64,000 nucleotides of DNA from Candidatus Poribacteria bacterium (GCA_965218095.1 OZ244587.1:2400001-2464000), one strand, 5' to 3'; positions 30,299 through 40,989 are shown, counted from the first letter of the stretch. Translations and numbers: made by a program. Notes: a model not told the origin generated them from the sequence alone.

Positions 30299-32551
30299 TC
30301 ATCTGACAAGACCGACTTTCCCAATTTTCCGAACCGTTTCCTCGCCCTGAGTTGCAGAGATAACGTAAATATAGATGCCGCTAGCAAGTGGCTCTCCTCG
30401 GCTATCTTTACCATTCCACTGAAAGAGCTCTTTTTCAATCACATTCTGGCGAATGGCTGCGTAGACCAGATCGTTGGCGATATTAAAGATTTCGAGCTCC
30501 ACTTTTTCAATTTCAACAATCTTTTCAACTTCAACAGATCGTATGTAATCAAAAGTCACGCTGGTATGTCGTCCTGCACGAAAGGGATTAGGGAAAGCAC
30601 GAATTTTGGACAATTTTAATGTGCCAGATTCAGCCTCAACAGCGTTGACAGCCAGAAGATATGAATCAACATCGCTAAAACCAGATTGGGCTTCAACTGA
30701 AATGTAAAGCGTACCCGTCTGCTCCGGCCGAAAAACGATCCGATGTTCGGTGAGTCCAATCCTTTCCCCATCGGCAATCTGCCGATCGCTTGCATCACGC
30801 AGCGACATTTGGTAATCGACCGTTTCGGGAATATCCGCTAGGGTAATTACGATTGCTTCCCCCCGTATCGCACCGAATTGGTAAAGATCACGCACATCCT
30901 TCTCATCGAAAATGAAGGATTCGTAGGTCTGGTTGAACTCAATGCGGAAGGCAGTCTCCAGATCGTTGTTTGGTTCATACGTATCCCCAAACGAAACGGA
31001 AATCAGCATCGTCTGCCCCTCAAACCCGATGTTCGTGATGGCGATTGTCGAAACCGTCCCATCGTTTGCATTGCTGTTGGGGTCGGTCGCGGGGGTAAAA
31101 GATGTTTGGTTGTCATCAGCGGAGTACGCTGCACCATCCGTGATGAAGCGGGTATTGATGAAATCTGGATTGTCCGGATCGATGCCGAAGTGCTCCGAAT
31201 CGCTGGGATCTTCGAGCCAGATCTGCTCTGCCGCGTTAACAAACCCAGGGGGACGCACCTCCGTTTCATCAATGTGCCAGATGAGAATACCAGATTCGGG
31301 CAAATGGGTATCATACACCGCGCCCGAATCCCGGTAGCGGTTTTCAATGAGAAAAAACTCGATACCATTCCCAAACTCGTCAACCTTTTCAGGAATGTCG
31401 ATTTTGAAAAGCTTATCCTTGCCTGGCAGCAGCTCAAAACTTGGGATGGACAAATTTGGGACATTCTCTTTAATCTCAAAGGGTTTAATCCAACCCAATC
31501 GTCCGTTTTCAGGACGAGCATCGAAATCCCATTTCAGGTAGCCGATTATATGACTCGGTTGTAAACCGTTTCCAACCCCATCGACGATTTCCCCCTGATA
31601 GGGACCAAATGCGCCCATCAACCCCCACTTGTGGTCACGGGGATCGGCGCCCCCGGTTCCATATACGTCGGGAGCGCCGAAATCGTGAAAAAACTCGTGA
31701 AAGTAGATGCCGAGATGTGGGTTATCAAAACTCGGCTCTTCGGCGGCAACAACGGCGGTACTCACGCGCACACCGTCGAATTCTCTGTTGATATTATTCG
31801 TCAAGATCGACCAGATATCATCATGCTGTAAGGTCAATGCCTCGTCATCCCCTGCATGGATGACAAAAACGTGATCCACCACCCCATCTTTGTCGCGATC
31901 ATACGCCGAGAAATCAACAATGTCATCAACCGCTGCACACGCCTCACGAACGAGTTCTCGGTAACGTCTGAGGTCGGTCCGCCCCTCACCATAATATACC
32001 ATCGGCTTTTCTGCACGGACCCATTCGTTACCTTTGGGAATTACACCGCCCATCGGTCCGGATTGGACATCCATCTGTCCGTAAGAAATTTCTTTGTAAT
32101 AGGTTGTCAAGGAAACGCTGTTCTCAGCAAAGAGAAATTGATTAAACTCGGCGTTTGATCGCTGGCCAGGTTGATCAGAGAAGTCAACCTTAATCGCGAG
32201 GACGTACTCGATACCATCTGATTGTAAGACGCCCTGCTTGCGAGCGAGGCAACAGCCTTGTAAAATGTTAAGGAATTGAGCGGGATTTGTTCTTGGCTTC
32301 GGCGTCCATTTGTTTGTAGTGGGATTGTAGTCGTAAAAGAGATGGGGGTTTGGCGGCGCTGCAATGCAAAGATGAGTAAAACAAAAGAAAAATATGATGC
32401 CTGAAGTGTGAAACATGAGATGTGATGCGTGACGTGTCGCGTATTGCGTAAAACGTAATGCGTAAGAGAATGGGGAAATGAAGAAGCGGAGAAGTTGGTA
32501 ACTTCTCATTGTTCTCCATTCTTCCAACCTTCCAATCTTCCAATTTTCCAA
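30299..32551 (-). CDS. M6 (immune inhibitor A-like) metalloprotease with PPC-like and FlgD/T9SS-like C-terminal domains
   Basis: HEFFHDFGAPDVY zinc motif, FLIENR, GILIWHIDE, DTYEPNN, AFPNPF and WNGKD...ASGIYIY. The start is uncertain (32416 or 32551). Confidence 0.85.
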   Translation of the reverse strand: MENWKIGRLEEWRTMRSYQLLRFFISPFSYALRFTQYATRHASHLMFHTSGIIFFFCFTHLCIAAPPNPHLFYDYNPTTNKWTPKPRTNPAQFLNILQGCCLARKQGVLQSDGIEYVLAIKVDFSDQPGQRSNAEFNQFLFAENSVSLTTYYKEISYGQMDVQSGPMGGVIPKGNEWVRAEKPMVYYGEGRTDLRRYRELVREACAAVDDIVDFSAYDRDKDGVVDHVFVIHAGDDEALTLQHDDIWSILTNNINREFDGVRVSTAVVAAEEPSFDNPHLGIYFHEFFHDFGAPDVYGTGGADPRDHKWGLMGAFGPYQGEIVDGVGNGLQPSHIIGYLKWDFDARPENGRLGWIKPFEIKENVPNLSIPSFELLPGKDKLFKIDIPEKVDEFGNGIEFFLIENRYRDSGAVYDTHLPESGILIWHIDETEVRPPGFVNAAEQIWLEDPSDSEHFGIDPDNPDFINTRFITDGAAYSADDNQTSFTPATDPNSNANDGTVSTIAITNIGFEGQTMLISVSFGDTYEPNNDLETAFRIEFNQTYESFIFDEKDVRDLYQFGAIRGEAIVITLADIPETVDYQMSLRDASDRQIADGERIGLTEHRIVFRPEQTGTLYISVEAQSGFSDVDSYLLAVNAVEAESGTLKLSKIRAFPNPFRAGRHTSVTFDYIRSVEVEKIVEIEKVELEIFNIANDLVYAAIRQNVIEKELFQWNGKDSRGEPLASGIYIYVISATQGEETVRKIGKVGLVR

Positions 32552-32931
32552 TCAACTACTCCTTTCGAGCGAAGATGCCAATCGTTGATTGTCGCTCACA
32601 CAGTTGCCGGTGGCAGCAGAGAACCCGCCGCCGGCAACTTCCGTATGATACTGAAAACGAAAATGAAAACATCCGCGTTTAGTATCTCGTCCAAAAAATT
32701 GACGAAGCGATCAACGTTCCGGTTCAATCTGTATCACAAACAAGGGGGAAAATGGAAAAATAGGAAACGTCAGGCGGGAAATATGATGCAGGGGACGTGA
32801 ACCATAGGCAGATCTCATTTACCCCTGGCGCCGTCTGTCAGTGAGTGCCTTCCAGGTCGGACCATTTGAAACGGGGTAATCTGTCAGCAGTTTTTGGCGG
32901 GTAGTGACGAAGAAAAGGGGAAATTGGAAAG
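32544..32931 (+). ncRNA. Candidate structured non-coding RNA (unassigned)
   Basis: At least five helices found by eye, several containing G-U pairs that work only on the + strand. No convincing ORF. Confidence 0.35.
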
Positions 32932-32935
32932 TGGA

Positions 32936-33053
32936 ACTTACCTTTCGCATGATCCGGGATGAGGTTTCACAAATTAAGTTCCAAAGGCACATGAATGGTG
33001 TGCCCTCGTGTGAAATTCAAAATACCAATCATCAAATGATGCGAAAGATCAGT
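32936..33053. mobile_element. Short MITE-like element
   Basis: TIRs ACTTACCTTTCGCATGAT / ATGATGCGAAAGATCAGT (15 of 18 match). Confidence 0.5.
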
Positions 33054-33093
33054 GGAAAGTCATCGCTCGGGCTGTAAGAAATACACATGCGAA

Positions 33094-34203
33094 TTATTGG
33101 GGATAAGCCGTTGCAAGGGCTATTACCGCATACGAAGTGACAAGCACCGGATCGCGTTCCATCCAACGACTTACCTCATTTTGCCAAAAACCTTGAGGGG
33201 TTTGTTCGTCCATCAGTTTTTCGGCTAACTCCCTATACCAATCATGAGAGACGCCCTTCGCATCGACAATGATGGGTTCACCATAGGTCTTCAGCGCCTT
33301 TGCCATCGTATGATAGTTGTAGAAAAGTCCCTGTTTCTCCATGCCGTAATTTTCTTCAACCGTGAAATGTTTCTTGATCCAATCCACCGCTTCCTGCACA
33401 CGGGAGTCATTTTTGTCAACCTTGGCATAGATGAAACTCAACACCCCGGCGTAGGTCATGCTGGCGTAAGATCGGTGATTCCCCGCTTTGCTCTCGCCAT
33501 CAGGGGCATAGATAAAGCCACCATCGTCCCCCGCCCAATTCTGATCATTGGTCTCGCTGCGATTCTGACATCTTTCGAGGAATTTGATCGCTTTGTTCCA
33601 CACCTCTGGGTCATCAGAACCGCTCTCCTTGAGCCCCTGGATGGCGAAACTCATATTGGAGAGATCATGAACGGTTTCCCGACTCCCATAGCCGATTCCC
33701 CCAAAGTAGACATCGCTTTCATCTGTCACCTGTAGACTTTTAATGAAGCCCTGCGCGTCGGCAATCGCTCCGTCATATTCAGGATTCTTCGTGGATGAGA
33801 GCGCCATGAGCGAAACAGATGTATTATAATTCGGCAGGGCAGGTTGCTTGTCGATGTCATAAATCCCGCCATCGGGCTGCTGCATCTTCAGCAACGCTTT
33901 GATGGATTTCTGGATGAAGGGGTGATCGGCTTCCGCGTACTCATTTTGTGGGTGACGCAGAAAGGCTGTGATTGCCAAAGCCGTCAAACCGGGGTGATTC
34001 CTAAAAAGCCCATCCGCCTTCTGCTGCGTTTTCAACCATTCCAGTCCCCGGTCAATGGTTTCCAGAACTTTCGGATTCAAATCCTGATAGTCAGGGCTGG
34101 CTTGGGCATTGCCGTAAAAGGACTGGCTGAAAAAGATCAGTGCTAATAAAATGGTGACTTGTTTAAGTCTATTCTTCAACGTCATGTGTTGTGTAACCTC
34201 CAT
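33094..34203 (-). CDS. Secreted prenyltransferase/squalene-oxidase repeat (QW-repeat) protein
   Basis: Signal peptide; WLKTQQKADG, MQQPDGG, FLERCQN...DGGFIY and EQTPQGFW repeats. Confidence 0.85.
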   Translation of the reverse strand: MEVTQHMTLKNRLKQVTILLALIFFSQSFYGNAQASPDYQDLNPKVLETIDRGLEWLKTQQKADGLFRNHPGLTALAITAFLRHPQNEYAEADHPFIQKSIKALLKMQQPDGGIYDIDKQPALPNYNTSVSLMALSSTKNPEYDGAIADAQGFIKSLQVTDESDVYFGGIGYGSRETVHDLSNMSFAIQGLKESGSDDPEVWNKAIKFLERCQNRSETNDQNWAGDDGGFIYAPDGESKAGNHRSYASMTYAGVLSFIYAKVDKNDSRVQEAVDWIKKHFTVEENYGMEKQGLFYNYHTMAKALKTYGEPIIVDAKGVSHDWYRELAEKLMDEQTPQGFWQNEVSRWMERDPVLVTSYAVIALATAYPQ

Positions 34204-34371
34204 TATTTTTTGCTGTATTTTTGCTGTAAATGAGAGAATGTAGACCGTCAGAAACATGGAGCAAACAGTATGCCAATATCTGAATACCGTACTTATTTAG
34301 GAGTGGTAGAGCAATATCCAAGCTAACGTTCAATAAATGAACAGAGGTGTTCATAAAATAACCGAATCCCC

Positions 34372-35406
34372 TTAAAACTGCACAGCCTCCCCTGTTTCTG
34401 AGGAGCGCATCGCCGCATCGTAAATCTGCATGGTGCGTCTGACTTCTTCTGGCTTGACGATGAGTTCTGCCCCTTTGTTCAGGACATCGGAAATATTTTG
34501 ATAGTAGGACTTCCAAGAACCTCCGACGCTCTCAATCACAAGTTCGCGCTGCTCGCCGCCCGCTTCCGTCCAGACTTTCGCGTAGTTAGCGGGGTCTTCC
34601 TCCGCCGCGTCAATGTTTCCCTCCACCATCGGTCGTTCTTGCGCGTCTAATCCATACTTAATCAGTCCCCCGAGCTCGCCGAGGACGTACCAGTGCGGCT
34701 TCTCGGCCTTCGCTAGGTTGCTAATCTCTATCTGATAGCGCACACCGTTCTCGAACTTTATCAGGAGGTTCGCATAGTTGCCGATGTCGATGTCCCACCG
34801 CGTATCATAATGAATATCGCAGAAAACGGTTTTGACCGGCACAGAGACAAGTTGCAGGGCTTGATCAATGAGGTGGGCAGGCCAATCGAACAGGATGCCA
34901 CCGCTCTGTTTTTTGACGCCACGCCAAGTTCTCGGCGGGCTGTATCTCATGATGGCAACTTGAAACAGGTACGGCGTCCCAAGCAGGCCATCCACAACCA
35001 CCTTTTTAATGGTCAGATAGTCCCAATCCCAACGGCGGTTGTGGAAGACACTCAACAAAACGTTGTTGCGCTTGCTTGCTTCGATCATCGCATCTGCTTC
35101 TGCGGCGTTCATGCACATGATCTTGTCCGTGACGAGGTGTTTCCCGGCATCCATTGCTTTGATTGCGAGCTCCGTGTGTGTGTCGTGCGGCGTTGCGAGA
35201 ATAACGAGGTCTACGTTATCGTCCGAGATAGCCTGATCGATGGTTTCATAGATTTTTACGCCGGGGTAGTCTTGCGCGGCGGCTTGGCGCCTTTCGGCGT
35301 TCCGTGACGCAATGGCGTAAAGGTTTAGCCCATCTGCCAAACCGACAAGGTAGGCGTGAAAACATCGTCCGGCGTAGCCGTATCCGATAATTGCTGTGTT
35401 GATCAT
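34372..35406 (-). CDS. Gfo/Idh/MocA family oxidoreductase
   Basis: GYGYAG, TDK, HNRRWD and GGILFD motifs. Confidence 0.9.
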   Translation of the reverse strand: MINTAIIGYGYAGRCFHAYLVGLADGLNLYAIASRNAERRQAAAQDYPGVKIYETIDQAISDDNVDLVILATPHDTHTELAIKAMDAGKHLVTDKIMCMNAAEADAMIEASKRNNVLLSVFHNRRWDWDYLTIKKVVVDGLLGTPYLFQVAIMRYSPPRTWRGVKKQSGGILFDWPAHLIDQALQLVSVPVKTVFCDIHYDTRWDIDIGNYANLLIKFENGVRYQIEISNLAKAEKPHWYVLGELGGLIKYGLDAQERPMVEGNIDAAEEDPANYAKVWTEAGGEQRELVIESVGGSWKSYYQNISDVLNKGAELIVKPEEVRRTMQIYDAAMRSSETGEAVQF

Positions 35407-35438
35407 AGGGTACTCCTTTGCTTGTGAAATCTCTTTAT

Positions 35439-36449
35439 CTATTTTTTATAGATCATTTTTCCCCAACTCAGCACAACCCCCAGCAGATTCTCATCCCATT
35501 CCATCAACAATTGATATGCTTCCGCAACCTTCGTCCCCGGCAACCGGTGGGTAATCAACGGCGCAACGACGATACGATGCTGGGCGATAAGTCGAAGCGA
35601 TAACTCCCAATCGTCGCGGGTTGTCCAAAAGTTTGGGGAAGAATCCTGACGCGGGCGAACAGAATTATGGGCGCCAATAACGTTCAATCCCTTTTTGTGG
35701 ACATCGCGGTAAAAATTCACGCCCTCCGTTTCACCACGTGTACTGGCAAGCAGAACAACCCGTCCACACCACCCCGCTAGTTTGAAAGCGGTATTAATCA
35801 CTTCCGGATGACCGGTCGCTTCAATGACAACGGCCGGGGCTTTTCCTTTTGTTATTTCGGCAAGCTGTTGATCGAAATCGCCAGCCCCTGGGTTCAGGGC
35901 ATAATCCGCTCCGACGTCCGTTGCAAGTTTTAAGCGGCTATCGGCGAGATCCGCACCTATCACGGGCAATGCGCCACTGAGCTTTGCAAGCTGCATCGCA
36001 AACAGGCCAATCAAACCGCCGCCCAACACGAGAACCGGCTCTCCAAGCTCAATCCTAGCTTTCCGAACCCCTTGCAGAGAAATGATGCACAGGTTGAAGA
36101 AAACCGCTTCCTCCGAGGGGAGATCTGTTTCCATTATCTTGATCAGGCTATCCGCCGACGCTGTAAAATGGCTTGTGTGTCCTCTTGATGAGGCGACGCG
36201 ATCGCCGATGTCAAAACCACTAACGTTTGCGCCGGCATCAATAACCCTACCAATATTACTGTAACCGGGATATGAAGGGTAATTTCCCTGTGCATTGGGA
36301 AGTCCAAGCAGGAAAGCCCGCTCCGTGCCTGGACTAATCAGGGAACATTCGGTTGCCGCCAGAACTTCATTATTGCCCATAGGCGGGATGTCAAACTCTT
36401 CTATCTCAACCGTCGCTTGGCTGGGCCAAACGACTCGCTGTCCTTTCAT
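35439..36449 (-). CDS. Zinc-binding alcohol dehydrogenase family protein
   Basis: ISPGTE, YPGYSNIG, GGGLIG and IEATG motifs. Confidence 0.85.
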   Translation of the reverse strand: MKGQRVVWPSQATVEIEEFDIPPMGNNEVLAATECSLISPGTERAFLLGLPNAQGNYPSYPGYSNIGRVIDAGANVSGFDIGDRVASSRGHTSHFTASADSLIKIMETDLPSEEAVFFNLCIISLQGVRKARIELGEPVLVLGGGLIGLFAMQLAKLSGALPVIGADLADSRLKLATDVGADYALNPGAGDFDQQLAEITKGKAPAVVIEATGHPEVINTAFKLAGWCGRVVLLASTRGETEGVNFYRDVHKKGLNVIGAHNSVRPRQDSSPNFWTTRDDWELSLRLIAQHRIVVAPLITHRLPGTKVAEAYQLLMEWDENLLGVVLSWGKMIYKK

Positions 36450-36762
36450 CCGTTCCTCCTGATTGAAGTGTTATACCCGTCTGCTCCAGGGTACAGGACG
36501 CAGTCATATGCTGTTTAGTATACAACATGTCCGGTTAAAGGTCTACGATAAAATGGAGCGCTTATTTGTGAACTCTTTACCGACTTTTGGCAGCGGAATT
36601 CTCCTCTGCTGCCTCACAGAAAAAACGCTGACGATATCAACCGGTTAAACGTATTCTTCGTCCCCATCGTCGAAAATATGACATCAGGTTGGTTGCGTAT
36701 TTTTCATTGGTTTCTGACTGACTGTCAACGGCTAAAAACTGAATGGATCTTGATTCGGAGGA

Positions 36763-37494
36763 GTGTATATGAAGAACATCGCCGCAATTGTCATTAAAGA
36801 GTTAAACACCTACTTTGCCTCACCCATCGCCTACTTCGTGTTCTTTATTTTTATAGCGGTTTCCGGGTTCCTATTCAGCGAAGTACTGTTATATTACGCC
36901 CGGAATCAGTATTCAACGACTAATGTGATGTGGGCCTGGTTTAACAGCGTCAGCGTCACCCTCCTCTTTTTCACCCCGGCTTTGACGATGAAACTTTTTG
37001 CAGAAGAAAAGAAAACAGGTACAATCGAACTACTGATGACTTCTCCGCTCAAAGATACCGAAGTTGTCCTTGGGAAATTCTTGGCGAGTTGGATTATGTT
37101 GTTCGTTATGCTGCTTTTAACCCTGATTTTTCCGTTGGTAACGACTCGATTCGGTGATGTAGACATTGGACCGATTATTAGCGGATATTTGGGGTTGCTG
37201 CTGCTCGGTTCGACCTTCCTCTCGCTCGGTGTGATGATATCTTCGATGACGAAAAATCAGATTGTTGCTGCTTTGACCAGTTTCGGTCTGCTACTCTCTC
37301 TCTGGCTTATCGGTTCCTTGTCGAATCGTGGCGGAACGATTGGTGATTTCTTGGGGTATCTGTCTCTCACCGAACACTTCAGCGATTTTTCGCGAGGGAC
37401 TGTCTCCCTCAAGCACACAGTTTACTATCTGAGTTTCGCCATCGTCTGTCTTTTCTTTACGGTTAAATCATTTGAATCATCAAAGTGGAGGTAA
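36763..37494 (+). CDS. ABC-2 transporter permease (GldF-like)
   Basis: KELNTYFASPIAY, AEEKKTGTIELLMTSP and TM helices. Confidence 0.9.
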   Translation: MYMKNIAAIVIKELNTYFASPIAYFVFFIFIAVSGFLFSEVLLYYARNQYSTTNVMWAWFNSVSVTLLFFTPALTMKLFAEEKKTGTIELLMTSPLKDTEVVLGKFLASWIMLFVMLLLTLIFPLVTTRFGDVDIGPIISGYLGLLLLGSTFLSLGVMISSMTKNQIVAALTSFGLLLSLWLIGSLSNRGGTIGDFLGYLSLTEHFSDFSRGTVSLKHTVYYLSFAIVCLFFTVKSFESSKWR

Positions 37495-37499
37495 TTTTG

Positions 37500-39140
37500 A
37501 TGCTTAAAACAAGTGCACCAGAAGATGCAAAATCACGAACAGGCGATAAGTTGGCACCTCTGCTGGGTTTTCTCACGCTCATCCTTCTGTTTGCAACACT
37601 GTCGAGCCTATTTCTACATCAACGCCTCGCCTTCGGAATTTTCCTCGTTCTTGGAATTGCCTCGTTGACTGCTTTTGTCCTTCTGAGTCGGGGTGCGGTA
37701 TTCCGCTTTTTTGTGAGCCGTCAAGCCCGCTACGGCGCAAACGTTGGCGTTTCCGTTTTGCTAGTGATTGGGATTGCCGTTATCGTTAATGTCATCGTCG
37801 CGCAAAGGTTCGATACATCCGCAGACTGGACGGCGGATAAGATATATACCCTGTCAGACCAGACGAAGAAAATTTTGCGTGGATTAGATCGAGAGGTTCG
37901 GGTAATAGCGTTTTTCAGTATGAACTCCGCCGATGAAGGATCTCGATCCGTGCGGGAACTGCTGGAGATATATCGGCGTGAAACAGACAAACTCCACATC
38001 GAATTCGTTGATCCGGTCGCAGACGCGCTGAAGTTTCAGGAATATGAGATTCAGTTTGATGGAACAACGGTATTCGAGAGCGGTGGGGTGCGGGAGCGCG
38101 TAACAACCATTGATGAACAGAAATTTACCAGCGCAATTCTGAAGGTCGTCCGTGATGAGGTCAAGAAGATTTATTTTTTGACGGGTCACGAGGAGCGATC
38201 CATTGATGATTTTGATAGGGTTGGCTACAACCAAGCCTCAGAGGAATTGGAAAAACAGAATTATAAAGTCGAGTCATTGATTTTGACGACACAATCAGAA
38301 ATCCCCGTCGATTGTGTCGTCCTTATTATTCCCGGGCCAAAAGCTGCACTTACCCCACATGAAGTGAACGCGATCTCCAGGTATCTTGATAGTAATGGCA
38401 AATTGTTCTTGCTGCTTGACCCTTTAATCGCTTCAGCGGAGGATCCGAATCAGCCGTTGATTGATTTAATGGATCGGTGGGGTGTTACGGTGGGCAATGA
38501 TTATGTCCTTGTTCTTGATCCACGTTTCCAATACGTGCTTGGAGGTCCTGCGGCACCGGTCGTTCTAGATTTTGAGTTTCATCAGATTACCCGCTTTGTC
38601 GCGCCAACTATATTTCAGATTGCTCGATCTGTTACGCTGAAAGAGAGGGTCAGACCAGATCTCAACATCAAATCCCTGGCAAAGACCATTGATCAAATTG
38701 GGGTGAGTTGGGGGGAGACAAAGCGTAAAGATGATGGCACGTTTGAGTCGGCTCCGGTCTATACAGAAGGCGAAGATACGCCGCCTCCGGTTTCTCTTGC
38801 CATCGCAGTCGAATTTGAGGAAGGTGACGCGACAACAGGGAATAATCAATCGCCCGATGCACCCAAGGAAACAAAAACCCGAATTGTTGTGGTGGGGGAT
38901 TCGGATTTTGCCTCAAACGCATTTTTCAAGAGTCTCGGGGGAGGCACGCTCTTTCTGAATGCGGTGAACTGGCTGACTCTGGAGGAAAATCTGATTGCCA
39001 TCCGCCCCATTGACCCGAGCGAGCGAAGTCTTCGCCTGCTAACGGGGGGCGAAGTGGCCTTTGTGCGAATGGTATCGATTTTTCTGATTCCGTTAATTAT
39101 CTTTCTGATCGGCGTGGGGGTCTGGTGGCGACGGCGGTAA
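37500..39140 (+). CDS. GldG-like ABC transporter auxiliary protein
   Basis: YTLSDQT, YFLTGHEE, VVVGDSDF, NAVNWL and C-terminal WWRRR. Confidence 0.9.
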   Translation: MLKTSAPEDAKSRTGDKLAPLLGFLTLILLFATLSSLFLHQRLAFGIFLVLGIASLTAFVLLSRGAVFRFFVSRQARYGANVGVSVLLVIGIAVIVNVIVAQRFDTSADWTADKIYTLSDQTKKILRGLDREVRVIAFFSMNSADEGSRSVRELLEIYRRETDKLHIEFVDPVADALKFQEYEIQFDGTTVFESGGVRERVTTIDEQKFTSAILKVVRDEVKKIYFLTGHEERSIDDFDRVGYNQASEELEKQNYKVESLILTTQSEIPVDCVVLIIPGPKAALTPHEVNAISRYLDSNGKLFLLLDPLIASAEDPNQPLIDLMDRWGVTVGNDYVLVLDPRFQYVLGGPAAPVVLDFEFHQITRFVAPTIFQIARSVTLKERVRPDLNIKSLAKTIDQIGVSWGETKRKDDGTFESAPVYTEGEDTPPPVSLAIAVEFEEGDATTGNNQSPDAPKETKTRIVVVGDSDFASNAFFKSLGGGTLFLNAVNWLTLEENLIAIRPIDPSERSLRLLTGGEVAFVRMVSIFLIPLIIFLIGVGVWWRRR

Positions 39141-39193
39141 AACGTAATGCGTAAAACGTAATATTTGTCAAGTCCTACGTGTACGCTTTCGGA

Positions 39194-39652
39194 TTAGCTT
39201 GAATTTGGTAAATTAAGGAGCTCATCGGCAGATCCACGGGTGGCGAATTTACCAAAGTCCATTAGGTATTCTCGATAATGCTGCGGATAGATTTGAATCG
39301 CAGCCTTAATTAACGGCACGAGTGTCATAATCTTCGAGAGTGAGCCGATGGGAACAATCTGCCGTTTGGTGATTGCGCCCATTACGTTGATCTCCCCCAT
39401 CCAAAATTGATGGGCGACGTCGCCCGTCATGGCAAGTTCAACGTCGGGTTTTTCATCACATTCGCCGTAGTGGATGGCTTGCTCCCCGTTTCGCGCAACG
39501 AGCGTAATGGAAGCCTCTGGTTTTGTGCAAGTAAACTTTACTGCTAATTCCAGCGACCTCAATGCTTCCTGTGTTTGCGTATGAGATTTCATCCGCTCAA
39601 ATAATCCACCGATGCAGGCGTAGAGTTCGTCCACAGTTTCAAAAACTGGCAT
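39194..39652 (-). CDS. SCP2 sterol-carrier domain protein
   Basis: PDVELAMTGDVAHQFWMGEIN..AIT...I...G pattern. Confidence 0.75.
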   Translation of the reverse strand: MPVFETVDELYACIGGLFERMKSHTQTQEALRSLELAVKFTCTKPEASITLVARNGEQAIHYGECDEKPDVELAMTGDVAHQFWMGEINVMGAITKRQIVPIGSLSKIMTLVPLIKAAIQIYPQHYREYLMDFGKFATRGSADELLNLPNSS

Positions 39653-39729
39653 GGCTGGAAATCCTTCCTTGACCCACAAATTCGCTAATCCCTCGGTTGT
39701 CGAGTTGCCTCGCCTTCACGTTTCATGCC

Positions 39730-40989
39730 CTAGCTCCACAGCCTATCGTGCGACCGTTCTTTATCCCATTCCGTCGTCGGAGCGAAGTATTCCGGATTGT
39801 CCGGGTGGAGATGTTCCTTGATGGCGTCTGGATTGAGCTCGATGCCGAGCCCTGGTGTCTCTGGCACTTCCATATACCCATCTTGGATAATTGGATTGGG
39901 AAGCCCGGTTACCAACTCATCCCACCACGGATTGTCAACGGAGTGGTTTTCCAAGACGAGGAAGTTTTCCGTCGCGGCGGCACAATGGACGCTTGCCATT
40001 GCGCAAACCGGCGTTCCTGCCATGTGTAGCGCCATGGCGACGCCGTGTTCTTGAGCGTGGTCGCCAATCTTCTTCGTCTCCAGAATCCCGCCCGATGTAG
40101 CGATATCCGGATGACAGACGGCAATGGCTTTTGCTTCAAACAGCTTCATAAACTCTTCTTTGCAGTAGATGTCCTCACCTGTGCAGATTGGTGTTGCACA
40201 CGAGTTTGAAAGTCGGACGTACTGATCTGTGTACTGCCACGGCACCATATCCTCTAGCCACGCAAGATTGTACTTTTCCAAAGCCCTGCCGAGGCGGATA
40301 CAGTCATCGATTCCGATATGACCAAAGTGGTCGGTCGCAAGCGGAATCTCGTAGCCGATGACTTCTCGCACGGTTTCGACGTACTCACATAAAAGCCCAA
40401 TCCCTTTGTCTGTCAGACGGATACCGGTGAACGGGTGCATCAGGTTGCTCGTATCGAGATGTCCCGCCGGCGCGCAGAGGGTTCCCGGAATGTCTCTGAC
40501 GAGCCCGATGCCAACGTCCATCTTCAAGAAGGTAAACCCATGGTCCATCCGTTCCTGAAGTTTCTTCCCCATCGCCTCGGGGTCTTTAAGTGTCGGCGTG
40601 TCGGAATAGCAGCGGATCTTGTCGCGGAATTTTCCGCCCGTGAGTTGGTAGCAGGGGACGCCGTAAGCTTTGCCGGCGAGATCCATCAGCGCCATCTCGA
40701 TTCCGCATACACCGCCGCCTTGGCGTGCATGGGCCCCAAACTGCTTAATCTGGCGAAAGATCTTATCGACATTGCACGGGTTCTCTCCCAATATTCGACT
40801 TTTGAGTAACAGTACGTATGTTTTGCTCGCCCCGTCACGCACTTCGCCGAGTCCATAGATACCCTGATTCGTGTCCAGCTTGAGGATGGGGCCACCGGTT
40901 GTTGTTCTGGCGATGCGCATGTCGGTAATTTTCAGTTGAGATGGACGAGAATTTGTGTTCACATTTGATGAAATTTCTTCAGATGTCAT
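39730..40989 (-). CDS. Mandelate racemase/muconate lactonizing enzyme family protein
   Basis: IEMALMDLAGKA, KMD, WLED, TGED and PGLGIE motifs. Confidence 0.92.
   Translation of the reverse strand: MTSEEISSNVNTNSRPSQLKITDMRIARTTTGGPILKLDTNQGIYGLGEVRDGASKTYVLLLKSRILGENPCNVDKIFRQIKQFGAHARQGGGVCGIEMALMDLAGKAYGVPCYQLTGGKFRDKIRCYSDTPTLKDPEAMGKKLQERMDHGFTFLKMDVGIGLVRDIPGTLCAPAGHLDTSNLMHPFTGIRLTDKGIGLLCEYVETVREVIGYEIPLATDHFGHIGIDDCIRLGRALEKYNLAWLEDMVPWQYTDQYVRLSNSCATPICTGEDIYCKEEFMKLFEAKAIAVCHPDIATSGGILETKKIGDHAQEHGVAMALHMAGTPVCAMASVHCAAATENFLVLENHSVDNPWWDELVTGLPNPIIQDGYMEVPETPGLGIELNPDAIKEHLHPDNPEYFAPTTEWDKERSHDRLWS

Noticed and set aside
32544-32931. tmRNA or RNase P RNA
   Set aside because: The size fits, but there is no tRNA-like acceptor or T-arm, no tag ending in AA-stop (the nearby frame reads DTENENENIRV*), and no GAGGAAAGUCC P4 motif.
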